The position numbers and the translations under genes were made by a program. A stretch of 63,391 bases of DNA, the filler included, from Chiloscyllium plagiosum (taxonomy: Eukaryota): the NCBI RefSeq assembly GCF_004010195.1. It is 5 parts of one record of this genome, joined end to end, with 100 filler letters (N's around TTAATTAATTAA, not from the genome) between each part and the next. Parts side by side here need not be neighbours in the genome. Positions count along the whole stretch, not along the records: positions 54,941 to 63,391 come from NC_057717.1; 4 more parts are not named here. The stretch is one strand, 5' to 3'. The notes under the pieces were generated by a model. That model worked only from the letters and a program-made list of their open reading frames with translations, was not told where the DNA came from and did no database searches. This document shows, in pieces, positions 63,165-63,391 of the stretch (its first letter is position 1; every line of letters begins with the position of its first letter).

Positions 63165-63391
63165 GATATGTCTCTTCTTCAAAAATAACCCTCCGATAGT
63201 GCAGCACTCCCTCAGCACTGACCCTCTGACAGTGCGGCACTCCCTCAGCACTGACCCTCCGATAGTGCAGCACTCCCTCAGCACTGACCCTCCGACAGTG
63301 CGGCACTCCCTCAGTACTGACCCTCCGACAGAGCGGCACTCCCTCAGCACTGACCCTCCGACAGTGCGGCACTCCCTCAGCACTGACCCTC
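63165..63391 (-). repeat. 33-bp minisatellite, same family as 22045-22865, runs off the window
   Basis: cactccctcagcactgaccctccgacagtgcgg repeated. Confidence 0.93.

Overview
Eukaryotic, repeat-dominated vertebrate DNA. HE1-type V-SINEs and CR1/HER1-type LINEs point to an elasmobranch (shark); this is an inference. I find no intact protein-coding gene. The window holds many decayed CR1-clade LINE pieces, tRNA-derived SINEs, and Penelope-like terminal fragments carrying minimal hammerhead-ribozyme motifs. It also contains one decayed class I endogenous retrovirus (LTR, tRNA-Pro PBS, gag/pro/pol relics at 50.6-54.3 kb) and tandem arrays with 33, 40, 62, 65 and 311 bp units. The main structure is a roughly 14 kb inverted duplication at 27.3-41.7 kb. 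It places two independently inactivated class A GPCR (GPR139/142-like) pseudogenes head-to-head, each preceded by the same 65-bp satellite, which expanded to about 70+ units on one arm and about 16 on the other. Three further diverged direct duplications are visible, one keeping small spliced exons of an unidentified transcript. Four 100-bp N blocks contain an artificial TTAATTAATTAA linker, so adjacency across them is uncertain. All alignments were done by eye and boundaries of decayed repeats are approximate.
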